Below, one piece after another: positions 13,601-25,145 of a DNA stretch of 64,000 nt; the stretch's first letter is position 1; each line of letters opens with the position of its first letter. Location of the stretch: contig MU058418.1 in the NCBI GenBank assembly GCA_013265495.1, positions 1,576,917 through 1,640,916 on the forward strand, given 5' to 3'. The position numbers were made by a program, and so were the translations under genes. The notes below the pieces were generated by a model. It was not told where the DNA came from and ran no database searches. It was given only the letters and a program-made list of their open reading frames with translations. The stretch is from Vicugna vicugna (Eukaryota).

Positions 13601-14096
13601 ACAAAACCACCAGCGTGGACAGTGCTGGCCCCACAATGATGTGGACATTTTATGTTCTATAGGAAAGTCCCTACAGGCCTCCCTTTTAGAAAAATTTTCA
13701 TTAAACATTTTCAAAGTCCTTATTCTTTCTATACATCTGTAGTTTTCTATTTATTCTACATTACAGAGGAATACATTTAAGTTACAAATGCAAACAGTAC
13801 AAATTGGTTGCCTCACTGACAACAATTTCAGCATTTACAAAGCAAAAGCCTTTATGCAGTGTTCCAATCAGAGTTTAAAGTTCTGATTTCTTTACATTAT
13901 CTTATTTGAGTTTCATTCGGGTGTGATTTGATTAGAAGACATGTAGTTCTAAATAGAATTAGTTGGGCTTGGGGGGAAATGCATAATTTAATTCTAGGGT
14001 TTATTACTTTTGTGGGTGAATAACAGACTAGTGACAGTGCTTCAGTTTCAACTCCTTTTTCACAGTTCTTTCTCCTGTTCTGGGTTTCCTTTGCAG

Positions 14097-14195
14097 GTTC
14101 AAAGGCTGACTTGCAAGAAAAGGATACAGAAATAGAAGTAAATGAAGTGTTTTGGAATACAAGGATCATACCGATTTTGCGTGAATTAGAAAAGA
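14097..14195 (+). CDS. ARMC2: ARMC2 coding exon (99 bp, probably exon 7): GSKADLQEKDTEIEVNEVFWNTRIIPILRELEK
   Basis: Acceptor tttcctttgcag; donor AGA|gtaaaa (weak); peptide matches recalled ARMC2 KADLQEEDAEIEVDEVFWNTRIVPILRELEK; phase 1-1. Confidence 0.92.
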
Positions 14196-14583
14196 GTAAA
14201 AAACTTTTTTTTGTTTTAAATCAAAAATATCTATTATTTATATGTTCCTCGTTGCCCTGATATTTTCAGTACACTTGGACTATCATTTATGTGAATGTAT
14301 TCAGAAACAAATGAAGTCATCTATTGATTTACCCAGTAATGTATGTTTTAGATATTATATGTAAACCTGATTTTTAGTGAGTATAGTTATATAGCAGCAA
14401 GAGAGCCTACTGCTAAAATGACCACCTCCTCTGCCCAAGGAAATGCCAGTCTGAACTCCCTACTGTGGCACTTCATGCAAAACAGTGAACAAGACAGGTT
14501 TCAGGCCTTTGAAACTTTGTCTAAGTCTCATAGACTGGCATCCTTGGCAGGTGTGCCCATGATTTTCTAGATCCAAATGTATA

Positions 14584-14795
14584 CGGTCGGCCCTCCATAT
14601 CTGCAGGTTCTACATCCATAGGTTCAACCAACTGCAGGTGGAATTTTGATCCGTGGTTGGCTGAAATCATGGGTGCAGAACCTGCAGACCAACTATATGC
14701 AGGGCCAACTATCCTACACTATTTTATACATCTGTGGATTCTGTTATATGCCGGCATCCTGGAACCAATCCCCTGTGGATCCTGAAGGAGGACTG
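14584..14795. mobile_element. MER2/MER8-type Tigger-derived MITE
   Basis: ta|cggtcggccctccatatctgcaggttctacatcc ... ggaaccaatcccctgtggatcctgaaggaggactg; terminal inverted repeats and TA target site. Confidence 0.8.
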
Positions 14796-15794
14796 CATGT
14801 TCTGTTTTTCTAAGTTTGAGTGTACATATCAGAGATGCCACTCAGAGCAGGAAGTAGCCTGGGATGTGTCCAGCCCTTGCCCTCCAGAACACCCCAGCAA
14901 TGAAGGCCCACAATCCATGAGTCTCTGCCAGAGTGACCTATGGAAGGCTTGTCAGGGGAATGTCCCTCCACCTTCTGTCCCTTTGCTGCTCCTCAGGGAT
15001 TCCATTGTTGAAGCTGAAACAGGTTCCCCTGGAGCGGTAGTCCTGGCCCCAGGGTCAGATCCGGTGCCTGACCCGTCTGACCCATAGCACACATTAGGTC
15101 CTCACTAGCAACTGGAATAAGTATTCCTTACATGAGTGAACCAGCATGGCAGCCACAGGGATGAAGCCCTAGGAGAAGCTAGGTAGTGAGTCCTTCCCAC
15201 TAACCAAACAGGGAAGTTGTACAAAAGACCTACTTCCTTAAATGTTCAAATGACCTCACCCCTCCTGGGCTCTCTGATGGTGCGTGGTGGTGTTCATGGT
15301 TAGAGTGAGAGCCCTGGACAGGGTTTCTGGTCCTGGTGCTGCTAACCAAGCAAATGGCCGTGGGGAATCACCTAACCTGTGTGTGCAGTAGTGTCCTTGC
15401 CTGCCAGGTGAGGCGTGGGTGAGGCTAGATCATCACCAAAGTCCCTGGCAGCTCGAAACCCTGAGAACAAGACCAGGATGACTTTGTCCTCTCTAGAGCC
15501 AATCATGTTTGCCCTTGTGTTAGTGAACCTAGTTAACTTTGGGTCTTTATTTTAGGAGATGTGCATAAAAACTAATGAGAAGAGCAGTCAGTCTGGGCAA
15601 GGGTTAAAGAAGAAAACATACTAGGAACAGCACCACGGGGAGAACAGGGGGCAGCACAAAGGCCTGTCTTGGAGAAAGGCTTCAGCCTGAAGGATTTCAA
15701 GAGGTCTCTGCAGGCTCTCACCGCAGGCACCAACAGAGGAAACTTATCAGGAGTTGGGGATTTGAAATGTGGTTGGCTGACTCTTTGAGATTTT

Positions 15795-16600
15795 TTTCTT
15801 CTTTTTTTTTTTTTTTTTACTTTTATTTTGACGTAATTTCAGACTTACAGAAAAGTTGCAAGAATAGTACAAAGAAATCTTGCATGTTCTTTCCTCAGAT
15901 TCCCCAAATATTAACATTTTACCACATTTGCTTTATCCTTCTCTATCCCCCTTCCTCCCTCTCCCTCTTGCTCTCTTTTTCACTATACACCCCATAACAC
16001 ACACACATTATTTTTTTCTCCCTTTTTTGAACCACTTGAGAACAAGTTGCCATCATGATGCCCCATATCCCTAAGTACTCTGATATTTTTAGAAACGTGG
16101 GCATTCTGTTGTATATCTGGAAATTACCATATAATTCTTAAAAAACCTTACTCAGATTTTGCCAGTTACCCTAATAATTTCCTTTACAGAAAGAGAAAAT
16201 CCCGGGTCCAATTATTTGTCATGTCTTTTTGTGATCTTGACATATTTGAGGAGAAGGGGCCAGTTATTTTGCAGACTGCCCCACAAGTTGGGTTTGTCGG
16301 GTATTTTCCCACCATTAGATGCAGGTTAGGCATCTGGGGCAGGTGCACAGCGTAAGTGGTGCCATGTCCTTCTCTGTGCCTCATAACAGGAGGCGCATGA
16401 TGCTGATTTGGCCCATTAGTGGTAATATGAACTTTGATCACTTGGGGAAGGTGGTATCTGCCAGGTTTTTCCCCTGTAAAGTTACTGTTTTTCCCTTGGT
16501 AAGTAATAGGTATCTGATGGGGAGAAGATACTTTGAGACTTCGTTGCTTTCTGTTACTCATCAAACTTTCACCCACTAGCTTTAGCCCTTTGAGAGTCTC
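15795..16600 (-). mobile_element. Old L1 (L1MC/L1MD-like) 3' region
   Basis: T-rich tail then taatttcagacttacagaaaagttgcaagaatagtaca...tttgatcacttggggaaggtggtatctgccagg; explains ORFs 16184-16657 and 16319-16579. Confidence 0.8.
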
Positions 16601-18202
16601 CATAGCTCTTAGATTCAAGTTGTCTTTTGAGGCTACGTGGCATTTGTAACAAACCAACTGGTAGAAAGAGCTAAATTAATCAATAGTTTGCCATTTGACC
16701 TGTGAGCCTTCCTTTTTAATTTCTTTTAAGCTAAAAACAGCTACTCTTGAGTAGAACCCACCAGGCTGAAGCGTCTGTGGCAGGAAGTGTTAGAAGAATA
16801 CCTTGAAGCCCACCCGCCGCTGCAGAGAAGCCCACAGCCTGGACTTGGGGTTTGCGAAGAAACTGCCAGTAACAGAAGAATAAAACAACGAAACAAAAGT
16901 ATTTCTTACAATAGAGCTCAGGTTTTCCCCTTTATTTAAAGTTAGTCTAAGTCATTTCCCATCAATTCATTTATTTAAGTGCATAACTGAAAGGCACTGA
17001 AGGTTACTTGACTATTGAGGTTTAAAATTTTTTCTTAGATGTTATTGTTGAAAAGAGCTAAAAATGGCCTGAGTCATTTCCTTCTGCAGGCGCACACTTC
17101 CTGTATGCGGGCTTTCAAGAGCACATTATGGTATTTATTTAAGATTGGTTTCCTACTTTTAAATTGTGTGATGGAGTCTCTCAGAGATAATATTTTTCAA
17201 CCGAATGCCCTACACCTTGGATTATTAGGTTTCCTTTTGTGGTCTAGTCTGTGTGCTCCTTTTCTCCCTTGCATGCCTCTGAGGGTGGCTACCACTCTCA
17301 AAAACTCCTTTCCTCAGAATTCTGATTCTAAAATGAATGTTCTGAGTCTGCCCCGTTTCCTAACTAAAGTCTCTTTTTCATTCTCTTCTTTGCTTACCCC
17401 TACCTCCAAATAATGGTGGATGTGGTGACATTTTGAGATTTTTGTTCCACCTGGGCCCTCTTTTCTCAGATAAAGAGCATTATTCTCATAGGGAAATATT
17501 GATCATTGTTTTCATCAATAGATAAATTAGAAAATGAATACATACTGATTTTGTTACAGGCTGTCAGTACAGTCCTCTCAGTGTACCACGCACTGTACAA
17601 AGACACGTAAGACTCACTTAGCATGGCGTCTGTTTGAGGGCACTGGACATAGAACCCAACATGCATGTATTTGTGACAAATAACCATGCAAGGTAATGTT
17701 CGTTGACTGTGGCATGTTACATCTTTCCTGGAGGAGCCAGAACATACACAGAGCCTTGAAGGACCAAAATCAGTAGGGATGAGGTTAAGGAGAACATTCT
17801 GGGCCAGTGGAGCTGTGCAGCCGAGGATTGAAGGTGGAGACACAAGGGAATGCTTCCATGACATTGAACAGAGCCTCTGTGGAGGTGGAGGGTGTTTGGA
17901 ATAAAGGAGACCAGCTGAGCTAATGCAGTTCCACCCTTGAATACGCTCTTCAAAAGACTGTGTTCTAGATAAGCTAACTGATTAGTAAATGGTAGATGGA
18001 GCAACAAAATGAAAAAAAAAAAAAGGAAATGAAAATGGTAGATGGAAATGATAAGAAAGGGGGGGAGGAGGGACAAGGGTTCAGGAATTTGAAGCGGTCC
18101 GGGGAAATGATTCTGGGGTTTTACTTACACTGTCTGTGTTTGACATGCTTGAAAACTTGACCTTAACGAGTAAGTTCTGCTTTACTCTTTTTGCCCTGAC
18201 AG

Positions 18203-18378
18203 AAGAAAACATTGAGATGCTGTGTGCTGCTTGCACACAACTTCATCACACGTTAGAGGAAGGAAACATGCTTGGAAACAGATTTAAGAGAAGAACTATT
18301 CTCCTGAAGACCCTGTATAAACTAGTTGATGTTGGTTCAGACTTGCTCAGCCTTAAACTTGCAAAAATTATCCTAGCA
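18203..18378 (+). CDS. ARMC2: ARMC2 coding exon (176 bp, probably exon 8): ENIEMLCAACTQLHHTLEEGNMLGNRFKRRTILLKTLYKLVDVGSDLLSLKLAKIILA
   Basis: Within ORF 18136-18414; acceptor ctttttgccctgacag, donor GCA|gtaagt; phase 1-0. Confidence 0.95.
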
Positions 18379-21300
18379 GTAAGTTTTTCTATCCTCTGGT
18401 CTTGTAGACTGTAGCACATAAAAGTTCTGTTTAATGCTTTATTTGTAAATATTACAACAAAGAATAGAAATGCAGTATGTTCATTTAGAACCTTGAAAAA
18501 AAAATTCAGGCGGTAAACTGACATCCCAGAATTTGATCAGAAAGTACTATCTAAGGAACTAAGGCTGAGGACAGAGAGAATGTTCAAAGTCTTACATATG
18601 GGCTGTGGCTAGGTTTAAAAAAAAATGACCGTAGATAAATGCACTCAAAACAGTTGCTGAAGTAACTTGACTAGAGATCAGTATCAGAGAGTGCAGACTG
18701 TGGTTTCTGGCCTGTGGCTTCTGCTGGGTGTTTGATTCTGTCATATGATTTAATAAATAACTTTAGATAACTCAGGCTGTGGACATAGTGGCCAGGTGCT
18801 TTATGAGCCCGCAAGAAACAGAAAAACAGCTGCCCAGTGTCATGGGAAGGTGGTCATAGAAGGCTCCTGTGAAGTGTTAGAAGAAAAGGCCAGCCACCAA
18901 ATAAAAGTCTCTAGAAGCTCTGTCTCAAACAAAATGATCATTGTTTGAGTACAGCCCTTTGTTGTCACAGCCATTAACAGTTGGAACCAGAAGATAAGAC
19001 ACAATTATTAGAGAACGTTCTAAGAGAACCGTTAAAATGAATGAAGCTTTGTTTACCAAGTTTCATAAAAGTAAAAGCTATTATGTTAACACCCATAATT
19101 CATACAATTTAAAATCGTGAAGTACACAGTGAAGGTAAGCGTTGGCATCCTTACTAATAGTTCAGGAAGAATTCCCACTGTTCCTTATTTTGAAGTCTTT
19201 CCTAAAGCGGAATATTCTGTCTACATATTCTGTGCGATTTGCTGGAGAAGTACAATCTTATTTAGCTGCCATCCTAAACTCTTCACCCTCTTTGTAAAAA
19301 TTGTGATATGATATGTGATGCAGAAAGCAACATTTCTTTGAAATAGCAATTTCAGTAGTATTTTAATCCCCTCTCATTGATGACAATTGATGAGTCAACT
19401 TTAATGAAACAGAAAGAGCATAAATCACAGGGAGTATTTAAAGTCAGAAGTTCTGAGTAGAGATGGAAAGATAACTACATGCTTGCCCAGTTCCTTCTCT
19501 GGCCCTGGATTTGGGGCGCCTCCTGGCCAGGGAGAGCCCCGTGGAGACTGGAGGACCCTACTGGTGTTGCTGCCCTGGACAAGACGCAAGTGGCCAGCTG
19601 CCCCAGGAATGCCTTTGTTTGTCATCTGGATCCTAGACATTTTGCTACATACCAAGCCCAAAAAATAAATAAACGAAAGAGAGAAAGAGAAAGAAAGAAG
19701 GAAGATGCCATGGATTCATTAATGCTTTGCAGAAAAAATAATATCTTGGTTATTAAAGGTACCATTTAAGTTAGTTATATACATGGCACAATTTAACTGT
19801 TTTAGGGCAAAGGGCTGAGTGAACAGCCAGGCAGTGAACACATTCTGAACAAAATCTGTGTTTAGATAAAGCCCTTTCCATGACACTGACCGCCTTGCTG
19901 AATCAGGGACAAGACTCTGCTAGGCTACAATCCGAGTGCAGAGATGGGCAGGCTTCCCCTTCTGAATAACTGTAGGACCATGAGTTTAGGAATGACCTTC
20001 AAGGCCATCAAGTCCAACTTCCCATCTGCCACCTGAAGCTCCTGTAATTCTCCACAAGACACTGTTTCCCTTAGACCTTGGTGATGGGGTTCTATGTAAA
20101 TTTTAAAAAGAGCAACACCATAAAAAGCTTTTGAAGAAAACAAAAATTTGACAGAAAACTAAAGATATATGGAAGTAAAAAAATTTAATATTTATTTATC
20201 TACTGGTTTAATATTTAATAATTCAGACTTTAAAATTATTTATAGTTTAAAAATCCAGTGAGTGTAATGTTAATTGTTCTGATTTCTTGCACTCTTCTGT
20301 TAAGTGGTGGTTTGCCAGACAGCTACTTTCATTTTAACCTCTGTATCAAAAAAACTTACAAAAATATATTTGCCTATATTAAGATTTTTTTAGAGTACAA
20401 AAGATATACAGTGTGAATGCATCTAGGTTCAAGAGGGGAAGAAAATCTAGCATCCTATAAAGGGGGAAAAACAGAAAAAAAAAATACCAGTATGTCAACA
20501 GTGATTATATATAGTAGCAGTGTTATGAGTGATTTTTAAACTTCTCTTTTGTTTAATTTTTCCAAATTTTCTTTAAATAGAATAAACTAGTATGTTTAAT
20601 GTAGAAGTAAACCACCCCACTATAAGAACCTACTTGGTGCCAGGGACTCTTGACACTGGGAATACAAGTGAATAAGATCACCCCTGCCCTGGGGGCGGGC
20701 AGTGTAACGGGAGAGACGGAGAGTAAACACTTAAAACACCAGAGGGACTGCTGAGCGCTGTGGGAAGAAAATAAAGCAAAGTAAAGGGAACGCCCGTGTT
20801 GGGGGAAGTGCTGTTTTATGTAGGGGAGCCTACATTCCTTGCATATAATTCAATGTTTTATTTTCTTTTTATGTCTTAAAGTCATAAGTTTTGCAGTTGT
20901 CAAAAGACAAGGTATAGAAATTTGCTTGGAATGTAAACTGACCTCATAGCAGGCCTGGAAATGGTGGGTTTTGTTCTGTTTTGTTTTGTTTTTTATGAAA
21001 ACTAACACAAGGTTTTTTGTTTTTTGTTTTTTGTTTTTTTCCTTTGCTACTTTTCACTAACAACATAAGACTTGCGTGAGGGGGTGAGGTTAGTTGTGTT
21101 CATTCATTTATTCAACTAGTTTCATTAAGTACATAGCACATGCTACATTCCACACATAAAAAGAGTAATGAATCATGGTTTTGACCTCAAAGGCTCACAG
21201 TGCAGTAGAAGATTGCCAATGGATTAAAATATATTCCTAAATATGAAGGACAGTATGTATTTCCATCGATACAGAATTTATTTTTCTTTCTAGTCAGCTT

Positions 21301-21444
21301 GTTTTCTGTGTTTTTAAACATTTTTTAAATAACTAATCATTAAAAACATTTTTTTAGGTTTCCATTTCCTTTTTTCATCCTGAGACCAGGAGAAATTTCC
21401 ATCTTGCTGTGTGTGACAGTTTCTGAAACTTCCAGAACAGAACT

Positions 21445-21705
21445 TTTTAGACTTGAATGTGCACATGATCCCCTGGGAAAGTTGTTAAAATACAGATTCT
21501 TGTTCAGTAGGGCTGATGGGGCCTGAGATTCTTCTTTTTCTTTTTTTTTTTTTTAAACATTTCTTATTTTTTTCCTAATGGAGGTATTAGGGATTGAACC
21601 AAGGACCTCATGCATGCTGTGCGTACTAAGCATGCAGGTTATCACTGAGCTATACCCATCCTTTTCTGCAATTCTGCGTATCTAGTACACACCCAGGTGA
21701 TGCCA
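21445..21705 (-). mobile_element. MER5A-type DNA transposon interrupted by a SINE
   Basis: ttgttaaaatacagattcttgttcagtagggctgatggggcctgagattct [SINE] tgcgtatctag...cccaggtgatgcc. Confidence 0.7.
21535..21661 (-). mobile_element. Vic-1-type tRNA-Ala-derived SINE (copy 1)
   Basis: Reverse strand reads gggtatagctcagtgataac...gaggtccttggttcaatccctaatacctcca then an A-rich tail; small internal 9-bp duplication. Confidence 0.85.
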
Positions 21706-22002
21706 AGGTGAGGTGATGTCATCTGTCTGAGGAACAGACTCCTCAGTTGCAAAATGGGAATGATTACACCTAATTTGCAGGGTTTATTCTGAGATGACAT
21801 GGAAAGGGCCAGAGCAAAGGGGCAGACGGAAGCTGCTCCATGGATAATACTCCCCTACCTGTCTCCCTCCAGCTTGGGGCTGACCTTGGTCGCCTTGGTA
21901 ACTCCTAGGCAGCGAACAGCACAGTGCCTGGTGCACAATATGAACTCAACAATATTTGTAGGTCAAATAAAGAATGAATCTTTTAAAAAACTATGTCTAG
22001 TA

Positions 22003-22142
22003 GAGGGAGGGTGTAGCTCAGTGGTAGAGTGCACACTTAGCATGCACAAGGTCCTGGGTTCAATTCCCAGTCCCTCCATTGAAATAAACAAAGAAACCTA
22101 ACTACCTTCTCCCCCGCTCCACATCCCACCAAAAAGAGAGAG
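22003..22142 (+). mobile_element. Vic-1-type SINE (copy 2)
   Basis: gggtgtagctcagtggtagag...ttagcatgcacaaggtcctgggttcaattcccagtccctcca plus aaataaac...aaacctaactacc tail; Pol III A and B boxes intact. Confidence 0.9.
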
Positions 22143-23356
22143 AAAATATACATCTGACAAATTCCATTATCATCTTTTTAAACTAGCTGAAAACTTATTA
22201 ATAAACAATACTGAATATAATTTTAAGGATTCTTTTTAATGATAAAATAATGACCCATTTGCCATCCCTTTCACACAGATACATTTATCTGTTCAGACGA
22301 CCTCATTCCTACAAATGTATTTTATACTTTTGCAATGAGGGTATGTAATATTTCCATCTTACAGCAGGTTATAAATGGTTTTTTATGCATACTGTTCACT
22401 GTTATACTTTTGTGATGGCTTAATATGAATACTATCAATGTTCCACAATTTCTTAAACTATTCCCAAATATTGGACATTAAGGATTTTTATTTTAAACTT
22501 TTACTACCTTAGATAAATATGCAGCTAATTTAGACCATTTGACTCAGTCCTCCCATACTGTGTGTGTTTTTTTAAAGAATATACTTGGAGACAATGCTTT
22601 GGGAAAGATCCCCCCTGCTCTCCTCACTTGCTGCAAATAATAATAGGTTCTTTCTTCTGGAAAAAAAAATGTTTTTAATACTTCCTTATTGCTTAATTTA
22701 CTTGACTATTTTTCTGTGATTTAGAAAGTAATTTTAACCTTTGAATGTTACTTACGATTATCTCAAAGCATTCCAGAAATAGGATTAAATAATAAATACA
22801 TACATATTATATAATCAGAGTGTTACTTTCAAATTTTCTTTTATGCAGATGATAAAAAGAATTGTACTTTCCCCCGTTACTATCTTCCCTTCACCTCCAC
22901 GAGGTATTCTTTTCTAAATTAGATTAACTTGAAATTTTAGTATCCATCTTCCTTTACTTTTGTGTTTTAAAGCAATTACTCCATTTAATTAAATTTATCA
23001 ACATCATCTCCCCTTTTTTCCCTCACAAAATACCTCTTTTAAAAATACGTAACAATTTCACATGTAAGCATGAGACTATGTAGTAAGAAATAGATGGCTT
23101 ATCATTGAAATGTGCTTACTCGAAATATCATTTATATTGTATTTACTATAAATGAATTAATTAGATACCATAGTTGGCGACCAGTTGGCCAAAACTTTTG
23201 AAAGCTGATTTCTTTAGAACTTTATTTCTGATTTAAAGATACTCTCACTGCACTTTTTAAATTAGATGTTTGTGTTAAAATATTATGGCATGTCAAAACA
23301 ATTATGGCATGTCTTTATTTCCTTCTGCAATAGCAATGTGTTTTCTTTCTCTGCAG

Positions 23357-23459
23357 CTTAAAGTGAGCGGAAAAAATCTGCTTAATGTCTGCAAGCTTAT
23401 ATTTAAAATTAGCAGGAGTGAGAAAAATGATTCTCTGATTCAAAATGACAGCATTCTGG
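23357..23459 (+). CDS. ARMC2: ARMC2 coding exon (103 bp, probably exon 9): LKVSGKNLLNVCKLIFKISRSEKNDSLIQNDSIL
   Basis: Acceptor ttttctttctctgcag, donor TGG|gtgagt; phase 0-1; ORF 23285-23476. Confidence 0.95.
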
Positions 23460-24084
23460 GTGAGTATTATGAATAGCACTACCATTGAACAAATGCCACT
23501 CTTGCGTATGAATGAAAAGTTTGGAGAGCAAAGTTATAAATAATGATAGCTGGAATATTTTATTTTCTCATAATATGCAGAAGTTAAGTGATGACTGTTT
23601 TTTATCCTTCTATATGTTTTCGACATTTCATTTAGCATATTCTTTGGAGCCTAGGAGGATAGTCTGCTCTTTTGTTTTTAAATGCGTATAGTAACACTAT
23701 GTAACTCTACAAAGTGCTCCTTATTTAAAACTATATTTCCTGGTCTTGGATTTACTTTAGAAAACAATACATTTAATAGTGTTTGACATAATTGAAATTT
23801 TTGATCATTTGATACAGTAGGAATGGTTAAAACTTGGGAGACATCTGTAACTGTTGTAGAAATTTGACATCAAACTGTGCCAAATGTGTTTCAAATATGT
23901 AGGTAGAGAAACTGTATTACATTCTAACTACCAAGCTAATAATGTGTAATCCTTTATATACCCTTAAATAATTAAAATGCTTAAATAGTTACCTAAACAG
24001 AAATCTTTTATGAATTAGTATTGTTGATCTAAAGGAAGGCAGCAACATGGAAAATAATTCCTCTTTTTACAGCATAGGATAAGT

Positions 24085-24240
24085 GACCTTTCTTTCCTCC
24101 TTTCCTCCTTTCCTCCTTTCCTCCCTTCCAAGCTTTCTTTCTTTCTTTCTCTCTTTCCTTCCTTCCTTCTTTCCTTCTTCCTTCTTTCCTTCCTTCCTTC
24201 CTTCTTTCCTTCTCTCCTTTCCTCCTTTCTTCCTCACCCC
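24085..24240 (+). repeat. (TTCC/TTTC)n polypyrimidine simple repeat
   Basis: About 150 bp of almost pure C/T. Confidence 0.9.
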
Positions 24241-24921
24241 AGCAGCCAGGGACAAAGCTAGTACTGAAAGAAATGTCTGATACTGAATCAGCTCATTGAG
24301 AATTATAGACTAAAAACAAAGACTCTGACAATCACATCAACATTAATAAAATCAAATGTGAGATAGACATGATTAACCTTATCAGAGTTGCCTCGATTAC
24401 CTCTAAAACCTCATACTTATGTGTTGTTTGGATGGATGTTCTTCAGTTGTCTTGGGAAAGGGTGGTGGTTATATTCGAAGCATCCCTTTCTATGGTTGAA
24501 ATTTTTTTTAAAGTTCCTGTCTTGATTAACTTCCCATTCATATAGCAACCAGTATATTCTTAAAAGTTTGTTGAAATTCAACTCTTAAATTGCTTTAATT
24601 ATTAACTCTTCTGTTTGAAACCAAAAATAAAGAGTGGTAAATATTAGTCAGAATCAAGGAATGGCATTCAATTAAAGAACACTTTCTTATTACATATTAA
24701 TAATCCCTTTTTCTGTCATTACTGTTACAGAGATCTGTCTTGGCTAAAAGTAACTTTTGTCTTTATACCATATAAGTAGCTCTTTACAAGCATTTAAATG
24801 TAATTTCTGGCTAACATTTTACAAATTGCATTTGATGTTGACATACAACTGCTTTAATCTCTCTCTCTCTCTCCAGCTATTCTCTCCTCTCATTCATTGT
24901 AATAATTCATCTTTTTGGCAG

Positions 24922-25145
24922 AATCATTATTGGAGGTCCTGAGAAGTGAAGGTCTGCAAGCTAACACGGAAGCTTTTTTATACTGTATGGGGGCGATCAA
25001 ATTCATTTCTGGAAATCCAGGATTTCTTAATGAAATGATTGGCAAAGGTGCTGTGGAAATATTGCTGAATTTGATAAAGCAAATAAATGAGATCACTGAG
25101 AAATCTGGTACATGTTTGCCTAATTCAGGCCACTTGTTAGTCCAA
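24922..25145 (+). CDS. ARMC2: ARMC2 coding exon (224 bp, probably exon 10): ESLLEVLRSEGLQANTEAFLYCMGAIKFISGNPGFLNEMIGKGAVEILLNLIKQINEITEKSGTCLPNSGHLLVQ
   Basis: Acceptor catctttttggcag, donor CAA|gtaagt; armadillo-like amphipathic helices; phase 1-0. Confidence 0.95.

Noticed and set aside
22003..22078. tRNA-Ala(AGC)-like sequences (here and in six other copies) as tRNA genes
   Set aside because: Each has stem mismatches, a family-specific tail, an A-rich end and usually a TSD: SINE heads, not tRNA genes.
24067..24280. K/E/R-rich and F/L/S/P-rich ORFs
   Set aside because: Translations of the (TTCC)n simple repeat.
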